Both the position numbers and the translations under genes were made by a program. Of a stretch of 64,000 nt of DNA, positions 1 through 12,153 are shown in pieces (within the stretch, counting starts at the first letter, position 1; every line of letters begins with the position of its first letter). The notes below the pieces were generated by a model, which saw only the letters and a program-made list of their open reading frames with translations, did not search any database and was not told the origin of the DNA. The DNA is from Rhynchobatus australiae (lineage: Eukaryota), in contig JAUZTB010000107.1 of assembly GCA_034780895.1 (NCBI GenBank), positions 92,467,482 through 92,531,481 of the forward strand, in the 5' to 3' direction.

Positions 1-2775
1 ATTTTGTGCACATTTTTCGATGATTAGAGAGGAGTGGAAAAGGAATCATAATTCACCTCTTTCCCTTAGGGTGGAATATAACCCTGACTTTTATTTTTGT
101 AGGGTCATGACCTCCCTCCCCTTCATTTCCCTCAAGAAGTCCACATCTATGATGTAAAGGTTTCATCTCTATGCACCAACCATTTATAACGACTATGTAG
201 TTATTGTGATTTTTTAAATGGTTCAATCAAAAGATTAACTTCAGCACTAACTTCACATGAACAGATGTTTGTCTGAACATCCACTGGAAAATATGCAAGA
301 TTCACTGAAAACATGATGATAATGGTAAGTTGGCACAAATATTTTATTGCTATGTCTATCCACAGAGATGCATAAAAGGTTGATATTGTGCCAATGGCTT
401 TTATCACCATTATTACATTAATTAGATTAAATAACAATAAACAAAATATACCTGAATTGTTCAGTGGGGTTAAAGCAGAAACACAAACTAATAATAAAAT
501 ATTAAAAGAATGAAGAGTTTTTTTTGTATTGGACAATTATTTTACATGGGCAATGCTAATCTTGATATCAACAGTAACGTTTGTTACTTATTTGTCATTT
601 ACACATCATATCTTTGTGCATACATTAGTCACAAGGGGCAAAGGAACACACCTACACATTTACTGTAGCTCTCCACAGTATAAAAAGTACAAAACAGATG
701 CCTGCTGTTAACTGTTGTGTCTCCACCCACCCAGTGGGCAACATTTATTGTTTAAAATGATATAATATTAACAGCTACTCCTTACATATTCAATTGAACC
801 AAATCACTTATAATATGTAACCTTCAAAACCATGCAACTTTCACGATCTATCTGTGAATCAGGTTTAAGATATTGTAAATATCAAGAGGTGGCAACTGCA
901 AACAATGAGAGCTGTGTGTTTGAATTGTGAAAACGATTCGTTATCATTTACACTGAAAACACCCACACATTTTAATAAAAATTGGGACGATCGGAATGCC
1001 AAATACCAAATGATGTGTCAAGTAAGTTTAAATGGGTTTACTCGCAATGACCCCACCGATACTAGGATGAGGCCAAGGCAATTAAACGCTCAGGCATTCA
1101 TTGAAATTTAGAAGACTATTAACAGCAAAATACACTTTCAAACTATAAATAACGCATTTCCAAATTAGAAGGACTCTTCAAGAGGAGCAATTATTAAAAC
1201 CGAGGAGACAATCGAAATCGAAAGTATCCTGAGCCCATCAATGATTAAGCGATGCAATTAGTTGAGACAGCTACTTCATTTAAAACATCTCCTTCCCTCG
1301 AAATATTATTTTCATAGAATATATTTGCATTTCTTTGGAGGAACTGGTTTTATCTAGTAACGACTGAAGGTTAAGAGGCTAGTCTCTGTTTACTTAACCT
1401 CCAAGCACTATAACATGCAAATCAGACAGCCTCTACGGGAGCTGCTCCAGGTCATTAACTTGCAATAACTTTCAGGGACACACTACTGTATTGTAAGGTG
1501 CTGTTAGATTAATCTTAACTGAGTCAACGGCCTCCTCTTTTCTCAATTGCGCCGATCACTTTACAGTTCATGGAAATTATATAAAACGAGGGCAGCTGCA
1601 GAGGTCCAGAAACTGCAGCCGTTCAGAGTCAGTTTGTGGATAAAATAATCGCGGCCTGTAACACTCTCGGCACGCAGTACAACAGACTGCGCTCACCTTA
1701 ACTTTCCCGATATACAGATGGCGGGGAAAACTATCGCCGGCCAGAGGAGTTTTGCGCTTTTTCTAAATATTTTATCATATATTAATATTAAACATGTATA
1801 TTTTAAGCTACATAGAGAAATTATATACCCTCCTTGTGTTTCTAAAGCACTATAAAACTTTGATTATCACAGATCGAAGGAGAAGACACACTATTCTGTT
1901 TGTCCTAGATGTATATAGGTCATGTTGGTAAACACCTGGAGCGAGGTTATGCACATCTGTCCCAACTAGCTTCTCGGTAACTAGGGGTATACACAGGGAG
2001 GAATGAAAATGGAAAGGTTTTGTCCTGCTGAAGATCGTGCTTATCCGCCTGTCCCTTCTTGTTAATAATTAGATATAGTTAACAAAGAGAAAGTAACAGA
2101 AGCCGGGACCCAAAGTCACTCCGACTGCGCCAGCCGGTGCCATTCAAGACTCCCTCTCTCGCTGGTTCTGGGGAACAGACTCGCTCAAAAGTGCGGCACG
2201 TTCTGCAGGTGCCGGCTTAAGCCCAATTACTGGAAAAAGACATCGATGAGAAAGCGAGCTANNNNNNNNNNNNTGTCTGTTCCGGCTGCAGATGTGCCTC
2301 TGGTTTCATGAAGAGCAAGATCTCATTCCAGATCCGGTGCCCCGTCTTCAGGGCGAGTGGACAAGGGCAGTCAAATGTTCCAGTAATGCGGCAAGAACCC
2401 GCGGGAATTATATATTGATGCACTTTATTTCTGCACTGGTGCGGTGGAACGTTTTGTATGAAGGGGAGGCGGGTGGTGGTCGCTGTTCAACGGCTCCCAG
2501 GCTTCAGGGAGTTCGCGGTGTCGAGGGCTCCAGTTCCCAGGTCGCGAGTGCCCCGTGCTACCGAAGTCTTTTCCACCGGCCTGGGCCACGGTGATACCGG
2601 GAGGTGCGTGTGTGTGTGTGTTTAGGGGGGAGAGCGATGGTTTGATAACACTGGATAGGCGGCGAAATTTAAGTTTGAGCAGTAAACTTAAACGAAGAGC
2701 AACTTTCTCCGAGTTTGTCGGCTGGTTAGCAGTGAACGAGGCGGGTGACCCAGCCATTTACCTGCAGGGAGCACG

Positions 2776-2818
2776 GAGAGAGAGAGAGAGAGAGAGAAAG
2801 AGGGAGAGAGAGAGAGAG
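2776..2818. repeat. (GA)n microsatellite
   Basis: Directly visible, slightly interrupted. Confidence 0.95.
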
Positions 2819-3503
2819 GTTGAAGAGAGCCAGCAGTGGAGCGAGGGCAGAGGCTGCACCCCACAGCCGGCCGNNNNNNNNNNNNNNNNNNNNNNNNNNN
2901 NNNNNNNNNNNNNNNNNNNNNNNNNNNNNNNNNNNNNNNNNNNNNNNNNNNNNNNNNNNNNNNNNNNNNNNNNNNNNNNNNNNNNNNNNNNNNNNNNNNN
3001 NNNNNNNNNNNNNNNNNNNNNNNNNNNNNNNNNNNNNNNNNNNNNNNNNNNNNNNNNNNNNNNNNNNNNNNNNNNNNNNNNNNNNNNNNNNNNNNNNNNN
3101 NNNNNNNNNNNNNNNNNNNNNNNNNNNNNNNNNNNNNNNNNNNNNNNNNNNNNNNNNNNNNNNNNNNNNNNCATCAAGTTGTGAAGAATCACAGGGTGGG
3201 ACTTCGGGGGAGGGCAGCAACTCCTGTGGGGATGGTCGATCCCCGTCCTGACCCGCTCGGCTGGGATAAGGGGAAGGGGGGGGGGATTAATTTTGGGGGG
3301 GGGGGTGGAGTGGGAGGACGGCGGGTACAGAACCGCTGCTCAGCCTCTGGACCTGCTCCCGGCTGAGTAAAGGAGCAGATCCGTGCAAACACGCGGCTTT
3401 GCCTGGACCGAAAGCGCCCTTTCCCTTTCCTTTCCCTGTCTCTCTGTCTGTCTCTTCCTTTCTTCTCCCTCTGATGAAGTGTCAGAAGCGTCCTCGATCG
3501 CCG

Positions 3504-3520
3504 AGGTCAGCGAAAGGTCG
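3504..3520 (+). promoter_or_regulatory. DR5 nuclear-receptor element (candidate RARE)
   Basis: AGGTCA-gcgaa-AGGTCG: two half-sites with a 5-bp spacer. Confidence 0.55.
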
Positions 3521-3610
3521 TTATTGGAGAGAGATCTCCTGGAGAGCTCATTAAAAAGACAGTAACCCGGTGACCGGCGAACATGGGCTGGATTTAAAGA
3601 GACAGCGTCC

Positions 3611-3614
<4 letters not shown>

Positions 3615-3650
<36 letters not shown>

Positions 3651-3651
3651 G

Positions 3652-3696
<45 letters not shown>
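3615..3696. repeat. (CT)n microsatellite
   Basis: Directly visible. Confidence 0.95.
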
Positions 3697-3699
<3 letters not shown>

Positions 3700-6339
3700 T
3701 GCATTACCTTAGGCTGGAAGTAAGGATGCAATGAAAGCTCCGACTTTTAATAACACGCCTATCAGTAACCAACATTAGCCAGAACTGGCAAACCCCACGC
3801 TGCCGCGGCCGCAGTCTAACCGGCAAAGCATTATCGAGTTAACTGCTCGGTACCTCCTGTTAACACAATGAAGATCAATAACTAATCAGAAAAGGGAAAA
3901 ACAAAAACAGGCCCAATTTGAACAATTTACGAATGTGTAGCCTGTTTACAATAGAGAACTTTTACCCTTGGGATTAAAGTTTGCTTAGAAACGAAAGTGA
4001 GTTAAATGTACACACTGAATTTTTCAAAACGTTTGTATTTAATGATGGCAGTTGTTTTAGATACACGTTTTATAAGCAAAATATCCACGTGATAGCTCAA
4101 ACAACAATTTCACGGAGATGTATTTCACTTTGTTTTATGATTATTTTCTCTCAACAATTCCTCCCGCTCCCGACACNNNNNNNNNNNNNNNNNNNNNNNN
4201 NNNNNNNNNNNNNNNNNNNNNNNNNNNNNNNNNNNNNNNNNNNNNNNNNNNNNNNNNNNNNNNNNNNNNNNNNNNNNNNNNNNNNNNNNNNNNNNNNNNN
4301 NNNNNNNNNNNNNNNNNNNNNNNNNNNNNNNNNNCACAGACTGTTAATAGGCACCGCTGCCCAATTTTGCACAATTCGACGTGTTTTTATTCAACCATAA
4401 ATGGGATCCGTTCCCATTGATGTAACTTTGGCCAGACTGCCTTGGAAAACTCGCCGAACGAGAGCTGCCAAAATGAAGAGGTTAGGACAGGCGGGGGGCT
4501 ATTCTCCCCTTCCCCCCGGGAACATATCATCATCGCTTTGACGCAAAATAGTTTTGCAAACTCTTCGCTATAGGGGTGATGAGGAAAGTGTTGAGACGGA
4601 TGGTTTTAGGTTGAAAAATTACTAATTGTTAAAGAACTTTTTCCATACGACAAATACGCGTAAAACAATTGAATGCGACGTGATCTAACAAAGTAAATGA
4701 CCCTCCAGTCCCTTAAAGGTGAATCACTGTTGCACTGAAAGTGATTTTATCCACACATATTAAATATTACATATACATACCCTTGAACGAGGATTGTTAA
4801 GATAACTTCAACGGGTACTTACAAACACACAAACATATTCAAGCACAGAGAAATGCATGCACTCAGAGATTCACATACAGATCCACACACTCAGTGATAC
4901 ACATTCATATGAAGGCTCCTCGTCAGAAAAGAAGCTCATTTCAGGACAAGCAGGAAGAACAGATCAGAGGTCGCGAATAGGAAAAGGATTTCCCATGAAC
5001 AAACTGATCAGTCAGTGTCCGTGGCATTCCTGCCTGCCCCTTGAGTTTATCTGCACTGACGATATTCCAATTCCTTCATTCTGGTGGCCCCGGGGGAGAA
5101 CGTCCAACTATCTGCTAATTGACTTGTTCGACGTTTCACAAGGTGCTCGGACGCCGAGGCCTTTCTCCGCTTGGTTACCTTCCCCGTTCTCTCCAAGTCC
5201 AGAATCCCTCCCTCACTCTGCTATCCCAGGTCTTCAGGTGGAGGTATCTTTCTGATGCTGACCCCCGAGAGGCATTTATAACATTGCCTTCAGATCATGT
5301 AGTGAAATAAATGATACTTTTCATTGCTTTCGTTTAAAGTATGCGGATTTCTTTCAATAATGGCTACAACGAAGTACTATCCACTTTACAAAACCTGTTC
5401 CGAGTGGTGTTAAACATTTAATGAGAGATACTCCGGTGGTGAAGGAATAAGGAGAGGGTGTGGGCACTTTCCAAATAGCACTTTAAAAAAGCTTCCATCA
5501 CACTTTTTTTAAAAAAGGAAGACACAGTCACAGTTTTGTTCTATGGTCATTCACAATATGAATGTAGGAGAGACTTCCAAATACGTACTGACGTGTGCTG
5601 CACCTTGTGTTTTGGTGTTAACTTCCTCAAGATGAGTAACTTCTTTGCCCCGAGGACCCTCATACAGGGATAGTATAAGCCGTGCCAAAGTACCCCCAAA
5701 GAGCACGCCGAATTTACTTTTATTACTTTAACTAAATCGCTCCTTCTGACATTGCGAAGGATTCAGCGTGTGTCTGCTGTGCGAACGGAGAAACTGTTCT
5801 TTGTTATATTTTCAGGTTGAAATGTGTTTTTGTTTTGCTGTGTGTGAAATTACTGACGTGCGACTTTAACTGCGACGCCAGGTATTGCCGGAAAAACTCC
5901 GGGACTCCTTTGTAAATAGCACCAAAACCTGGCTTGAGATTCCCATAGCCTCGCAGCGCTGAGAACCTTCACTGAGCCCCGGTTGCTGACCGCCAGTTTC
6001 CTGTCGTTCCTCAAGATGTCCATTGTTGGAGCTTTTTAATTTAGCAATAAATTGGGCAAGCTGGACCTATGAGCTGTTCTATTTTCTTCCTGTCAGGATG
6101 AGGGATTTGTTTTATGATGCATTGTGTGTTAAATAGAAGCAGCAGTGAGCTGGGAAACTGATTACTATTCTGTGGAGTTGTTCTGCTTTTCTGATATAGA
6201 GCTGGCTTTTTTTTAAAGAAAGAGCACAGTTCTCTGAAAAGCAGGAAATGTTGCTGTGTAAACAAAAGCGTTGAGTATCAGGAGCACGTCCTGGGCAAAT
6301 TAGCTTTCTATTGATAAGGCTGAGTGAGACTGGGAGCTG

Positions 6340-6560
6340 GACTGGGTTTCATGGCGCGTCAGTGTCAGAAAGCAACCAGCAGATGGCAATCGCAATCGAT
6401 AGTCAGATGATCTGACATTAGTTTTCCATTTTGGCCAACATACCGTTTGTTTTTGCACATAGCCAATCGGCTCATCACCGCATTACTCCGAACCGCTGTC
6501 GTTTTAACTGCGTTTGGGGAAAAGCTCATAACTTTCGGTCGCCTTTCATTTGATTTCTTG
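6340..6560. promoter_or_regulatory. Enhancer/insulator-like block with a CTCF-like core and CAGATG E-boxes
   Basis: CCAGCAGATGGCA (6376-6388) fits the CTCF core; second CAGATG near 6404; CCAAT near 6463; unique sequence. Confidence 0.4.
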
Positions 6561-8161
6561 GGGCTGGGATCCGAGTCTTAGTCCCCTGTCCAACGCTGGG
6601 ATCCAGAAAGCTGCTTTACCCAATTGTAACTTAAAGAATGATCTTAACAATAACCAGGGCCACTTGACGATGAGACCAAGTAGTCGAGGGGTTACTGGAC
6701 AATTGGCTGTGACATCTCGCATTTGGCGGAAAAGTCATTGAAAACGAGGAAACGACTTATTAATAACTTATTCTGGGCTGTCGTGTTAATGAAAATAACT
6801 CGGTCCTGCGGCAACTTTTAAAGGGGCAGTGGTCTGGAAGATCTAAATGGGCAATGATTAATCACAAACTGAGTTTTCTTGCCGAAAGATAATTGTCGGG
6901 GTTATATTATTACATCTGCACCTCTCGAAAAAAGGGATACGCACTCTCGTTCTCTTGCAAACCAGGCGTGCGGTTAGAGGCACAGAGAACACACACACAT
7001 TCAGAATCACTTCCACAGATAGACATATGGACATTCACATTTATATAAAGTAATTTACACACACTCGCACACACGCTCAGATAGATGCGTGGACATATTC
7101 GCCCGGACAGAAACACGCCCACAAACATGCACAGGGAAACTCATACGCTTACTAAGAAAAACACAATCCCTAAGGAGATATCCGCTCGCATTCTGTTGTA
7201 AAGGCCTACTGGATAAAGACGTTGCCCTGTGTAACACTGCGCCCAGATCTCAAACTCGGCACCACATTTTACTTCGAGGTCTCTGACTGGGGATAGGGAG
7301 CCCCGAATCCTGGTTATTACGTGGTGGTAACCCGTAAAAGCTGGGCAAGAAAGTTTGATGCAGAGTATGGTGTTCTCTGCAGTAAACAGGCCGTTGGCAC
7401 TCACTCTTGAGGCTCATCCATTGCGAATGACTAGGTGGAGTAGATTGGTCAAACTGTACTCTGTGAAGGGCAGGGTGAGCCCTACAGTGGGCATTAATGT
7501 AAAACGTACAACAGCAAACTGGCAGCCAGGCTTTTTCTTTTCCACTGATTTCAACTGAACTGAATATGGGTTCGCTGAAAACAGACTGTTGCCAGTGCTG
7601 CTTTACCGCCCAAGTCCATTTTAACTGCCTGTGGTTTTAGGAAACTGTGAAGAAAAACTACTGAAAAGAGGAGAAATACAGACACAAACCCAAATATATA
7701 AACACACAGACATTTTCACAGTGACAAGGGCACTTTATTGCACTCATCCGGAACAGTTGCGCTGGCCCGGGGCAGTTACGACAATACACTGCAGGATATA
7801 CCACCTCAGTCATTGTACCCAACTATTGACTCAATATTGGATACATTTAAATAATTGCCACCAAAGACGGACTTCTTTCCTGACAACTAAATGCACAAAA
7901 CTAAATTTGCCAAGCATACCAAGTCGATGGGGCCTATTTGAGATGTTCTTAACATCAGTCCATTGAGAACCTTGTATCACCTCATGCCTCTTACGTTGCT
8001 GACTTTACTTCAAAATCTGAAATAGTTTCACATTGAGGGACAGACTAACGATGGAGTAGGATACATAGAGTCACACAGTACAAATAGACCAGAAATAAAA
8101 TACATAACAGCAATACAGGAATAAATAGCCGGTCTCTCTCGTGCATAGACTTACACAGAAT

Positions 8162-8163
<2 letters not shown>

Positions 8164-8191
<28 letters not shown>
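8164..8191. repeat. (CA)n microsatellite
   Basis: Directly visible. Confidence 0.95.
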
Positions 8192-8196
<5 letters not shown>

Positions 8197-8844
8197 CGCA
8201 CATACACATTCACAAACTCTTATTGAAGCAAACTCCAAATGTTCCCAGACACATGCAATGGAATAATTTTTTTTAAAAAATCACAAATAGAGATATGCAA
8301 ATACCAACGCACAAGGAATTGGCGTTTAAACTTTGCACACAAACTGACAATAATAATACTGACATTTTTAAAGGCACAGATATTCAAAACATAATGAAAT
8401 GCATACTTAAGGAAAAAATGACCTATTTGGCCTTTTGAGCCCATTCTGCAAATAATATAAACAACACTGAAGTAATTTCTTTTGTACAAAATGTCATATT
8501 GACATGTGTCATCTCCCTCTTAAAATGAACTGGATTTTTTTAAAAAGTAAGAGCTTTCCTCTTTAAACAACCTCTTGGCAGACATTTCCTGAAAATATGC
8601 AAGAACACCAGAGAATTTCAGAACAGGAAAAGGCCAGTAGTCCTGAAAACCATTTTTTTTTTGGAGAGTGACAAACATAAATGTAGTAGTTTTAAGATAG
8701 GCAATGTCCCGAGACGCTTGACAGGACTGAAATAAATGAATCGATACCGAGCCATAAATCAGGGGGAGTTGATGGGCATCTGTGTGAGAGAGAGAGAGAC
8801 GGAGAGAGAGAGAGTACGTTGCAAAGGTACGTTGAAATGGGGAG

Positions 8845-8935
8845 AGCAGCTACAGGGTATGGGTTTGTTCCCTTGGGCGCTGGCATGGGCCAGATGGGCC
8901 AAATCGCCTCCTTCTGTGTTGTATTGTATAATGTA
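8845..8935 (+). mobile_element. CR1 (HER1-like) LINE/SINE 3' tail fragment
   Basis: gatgggccaaatcgcctccttctgtgttgta resembles the elasmobranch CR1/HE1 3' end. Confidence 0.6.
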
Positions 8936-9629
8936 CTAAGAGCTGAAAGGAGAGATTAGGAGGAGCAATAGAAGGCATGGCTTAAAGGTGGGTTTTGAGA
9001 AAATTCTCAAAAGATATAGTGAATGGTCAAGAGGGGATGTCCCAGAGGGAATTGTGCNNNNNNNNNNNNNNNNNNNNNNGACAAATGGTGAGTTAATGAT
9101 CTGAGTCAGAGGAATTAAAGGCATGAGAGAGATGTAAAGTTGAAAAAAGGAGCTATTATTATGTGGGAGGAGAGGGGTGGAAGTAGCAACGGTGAATATC
9201 ACCTTCTCGCCATTGATCAATTATTTCCTTATCCCCCTTTTCATTCTCCGCATCACTGATCTTCCTTAATAACGCTCCTTGAATCTATTATGCCTCAGGT
9301 AAAAACGTTATGCCCAATTTCTCAGCTTCCTTCTCCATTCCTAATTTTGCTCATTTGGGCCCATAGTTCTGTGGGATTTCCCTTGCCAGTCTCTCCAACT
9401 TGGTATGCTGTACTCCTTTATTCAAATACCTTCAACTGCTCCATCATCCCTCTATACTCGAAACACTCGAAGCTTACGAGGTCATTCAGAGACAGACGTT
9501 GCTGAAGTCACATGGAGATGTCACATTTCCTTCCCTGAATTAGTGGCATTAGTTTTTCTGTCAATCCAACAATGGTTACCATCGGTTTTTCTTCAATTGT
9601 GGATTTACTTAATTACTAAAGTGCGGGCC

Positions 9630-9730
9630 TTGTGTGGGCAACTGGAATGAGTGCAGATGGGCAAAACGGTCAGCATGGACGTGGTGGGCCGAAGGGCCCG
9701 TTTGCTTGCTGTACAACTCCGTGACTCTTT
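9630..9730 (+). mobile_element. CR1 3' tail fragment
   Basis: ggacgtggtgggccgaagggcccgtttgcttgctgta terminal motif. Confidence 0.65.
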
Positions 9731-11829
9731 GACTCAACTTGAATTTCAGTTCCCCAGCTGCCATGGAGGGATTCGAACTCTTATCTGGATCAAAAGTCTG
9801 AGCAGCTGGAGCATTTCAAAAATCTGGCACCCTTGATTATGCCATTAGTCTTTCCTAATCTCGGTTCCAGTCCTGCTTGACGACTGCTATTCTCTGAATC
9901 TTTATTAAGCAGCTTGACTTACATTCATTGGAATTGTATTCACAGTTACAATTTTAACATATATCTGGTATTTCCATTCCTGATACCGGTGTTGAGTTTG
10001 CTTGAAATATTGTGGATAATTAATTTCCTCCATAATCCTCAAAATCACAAAAATGCACTCATCTCTTCCCATCCTCAAGAAAATACACCCAAGCTCACAA
10101 TAAACTCTCTCCGCAATTTAAATGTAAGAAATCCCAACAGTCGTCAGATCCTGTTCCAGGGGACCGTCTGATTTCTGGGAAACAGGTCTCTGAGTTGGTC
10201 TCACTTCGCTCACCCCATGAACTCCACCTGTTCTTCCCCCGTGGATCACCCACGGTAAATGCACCTGGCGGGCACCAGCTCCCCAGAATCGAAGTAAATG
10301 TGTGCCAATGGAAGATAAACCTTTGTGTTCTCCCAAAGGTAACAATATCCTCCCAATAGCTAGTCGGCCAGAACCACGCAAAGTAGTGTAAATGAAACGC
10401 TGGAGAGGTGAAGTGATTTTAAGCGACAACGGCAGAGAACCTGCGCTCACTTCCTTTCGACTGAAAAGAGACGCCGTCAACAAACTACACATTCCGAACC
10501 GTCAGCAAGCAGCCGGCAGTGTAGCAGAGAGAATGGGACTGCCACTACATCAATATACGTCTTGCTAAAGACATTGCATTTGATCAGATTCATTACTTCC
10601 CTTTATTCGCTCATTAACTAAAGATAATTATGTAAATCACAATCACGCTGGGTTTAAAGCTGTTTAGTGAAATGTGGGTATATTTGCTGCCACTGACCTG
10701 TTATCTACCTTAAGCGATGCTTCCCTGGAATTATAGCATGTGGTTTATGCAGCCCTAAGCCACATGCGCATATTTCAGTGGGATATACCTGTGGTACAGT
10801 GTATCTGAGACTGTGTAGTGTTTGTGATTCTACCTTTGTACCATCTGTTGAGTATCTTAGATGTGATTACGAGAGGGATGCTAGTGTATTGAATTCTCAT
10901 CTGGAGTCTGAAGAGTCAGACGCTTAATTTCGGCCACTTCATTTCGAATTTGATATTTGTGCCGGATTTGAGAAACTCTTGACATCACCTGAGCCGTGGA
11001 CTTGGTGAGTGGGTCCAGCCACCCGAACCTGTAGTATGACACAACCTGGGCCTCGTGAGACTGATCTTGTCCTCTCATCCCGACCAAGATTCCATATTAG
11101 TTTCACTCGCCCCCAATGGGTGGTTCATGTCAGACGTTCTAGTTCCATCGGAAAGGGAACTAAAAACGCCCTGTTGTCTCACAACTTTCCCCACTTCGCC
11201 ACAAGAGGACATTTTTTGATTCGGCATGCAAAGAGGTGATTTGTTAATCAGAGTCGGGGAAGGAAAGCAGCGACCTGCAGCTCCTGCGGAGATCTTAACA
11301 TCAGTAACCCTCCCGGTGCCAATTGACAAGACCGCGCGCTTTCCTTCCACCCATTGACACGGTGCCTTAGAAACGTTCCTATGAAAACACAATGCAAGGT
11401 TTTACAAGAGGTTGACTGTGATAATGGACGAACTTAAGCGGCGATTCAGAGACTGCTGGCCGTTCTGTATTCAGACGGCCGCCTCCAATCTGAAGTTGTA
11501 CTTTGATGGTATTGACGGGTCATAGTCACGACATCCATTAAGTACCGTCACGAGTTAGATGAAAAATCTTGAGGGGTCAATACATTTAATAATATTTGCA
11601 TTAAAACTTTGAATAGAACTATTTACGAAAATCTAGTCCATTAATTTAAATTAAAAATTTCAGCATCATTCTGTGAATTTTCAGTCTACTTTGAACGTTT
11701 ATTTTCCATGTGATTTACAAGGACTACTGGAATTCTCCCTTTATTCGAGAAGACAGTACAAAACCACTAAATGCTCAAGCTTTGAAAGGTGATATATCAC
11801 CGGACATTTTATAAAGTTTGGACCTTGAT

Positions 11830-12153
11830 GCCAATTAGTGAAGGAAAATGCTGGAATCCATTATCAAGAAAAAATTTGGAAAATCATAAAGACAATCAAG
11901 CAGAATGAATGTGGCTTTATGAAAGCAAAATTACGTTTGCTCGAGTTCTTTGAGGATGTAACAAATGCAGTGGCTAAAGGGGAACCAGCAGGCTTTCAAT
12001 CAAGTGCCACATAAAAGGTTATTGCACTATAGTCTAGAGGGTTGAGGGTAATATTTCAGCATAGATAGTGAAGTGGCTAATAGAAGACAAAGAACTGGAA
12101 CAAATGGATCATTTTCAGATTGACAATCAGTGAGGTGCCACAGGCATCAGTGC
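11830..12153 (+). mobile_element. Decayed CR1 reverse-transcriptase fragment
   Basis: Frameshifted motifs KMLESIIK, GFMK, LLEFFEDVT, AFNQVPHKRLL, NGSFS, VPQASV; ends at a gap. Confidence 0.85.

Larger units (their letters stand above)
2100..3850 (-). promoter_or_regulatory. CpG-island-like promoter/5' region of an unidentified minus-strand gene
   Basis: GC- and CpG-rich; CCAAT on minus (3523-3527); TTTAAAGAGACAG (3593-3605); minus-strand donor-like sites AAG|GTAATG (3708/3707) and CAG|GTAAAT (2762/2761); minus ATG at 3174-3172 directly before an N-gap. Confidence 0.5.

Noticed and set aside
2425-2757. 110-aa minus ORF MAGSPASF... as a CDS
   Set aside because: No recognisable domain, it runs through a (CA)n repeat, and the Kozak context is weak.
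2720-2790. Resemblance to the mir-124 5' arm (ctctccgtg.tc.c.gc.g on minus)
   Set aside because: No TAAGGCACGCGGTGAATGCC arm and no hairpin.
2726-3174. Identification as an ID-family, CYP26B1 or ZNF503 gene
   Set aside because: The visible peptides do not match the exon ends I know for these genes, so no symbol is assigned.
2555-3366. Several 140-210 aa ORFs
   Set aside because: Their length comes from the N-gap and the (GA)n repeat; the same applies to ORFs at 14.5 kb, 34 kb and other gaps.
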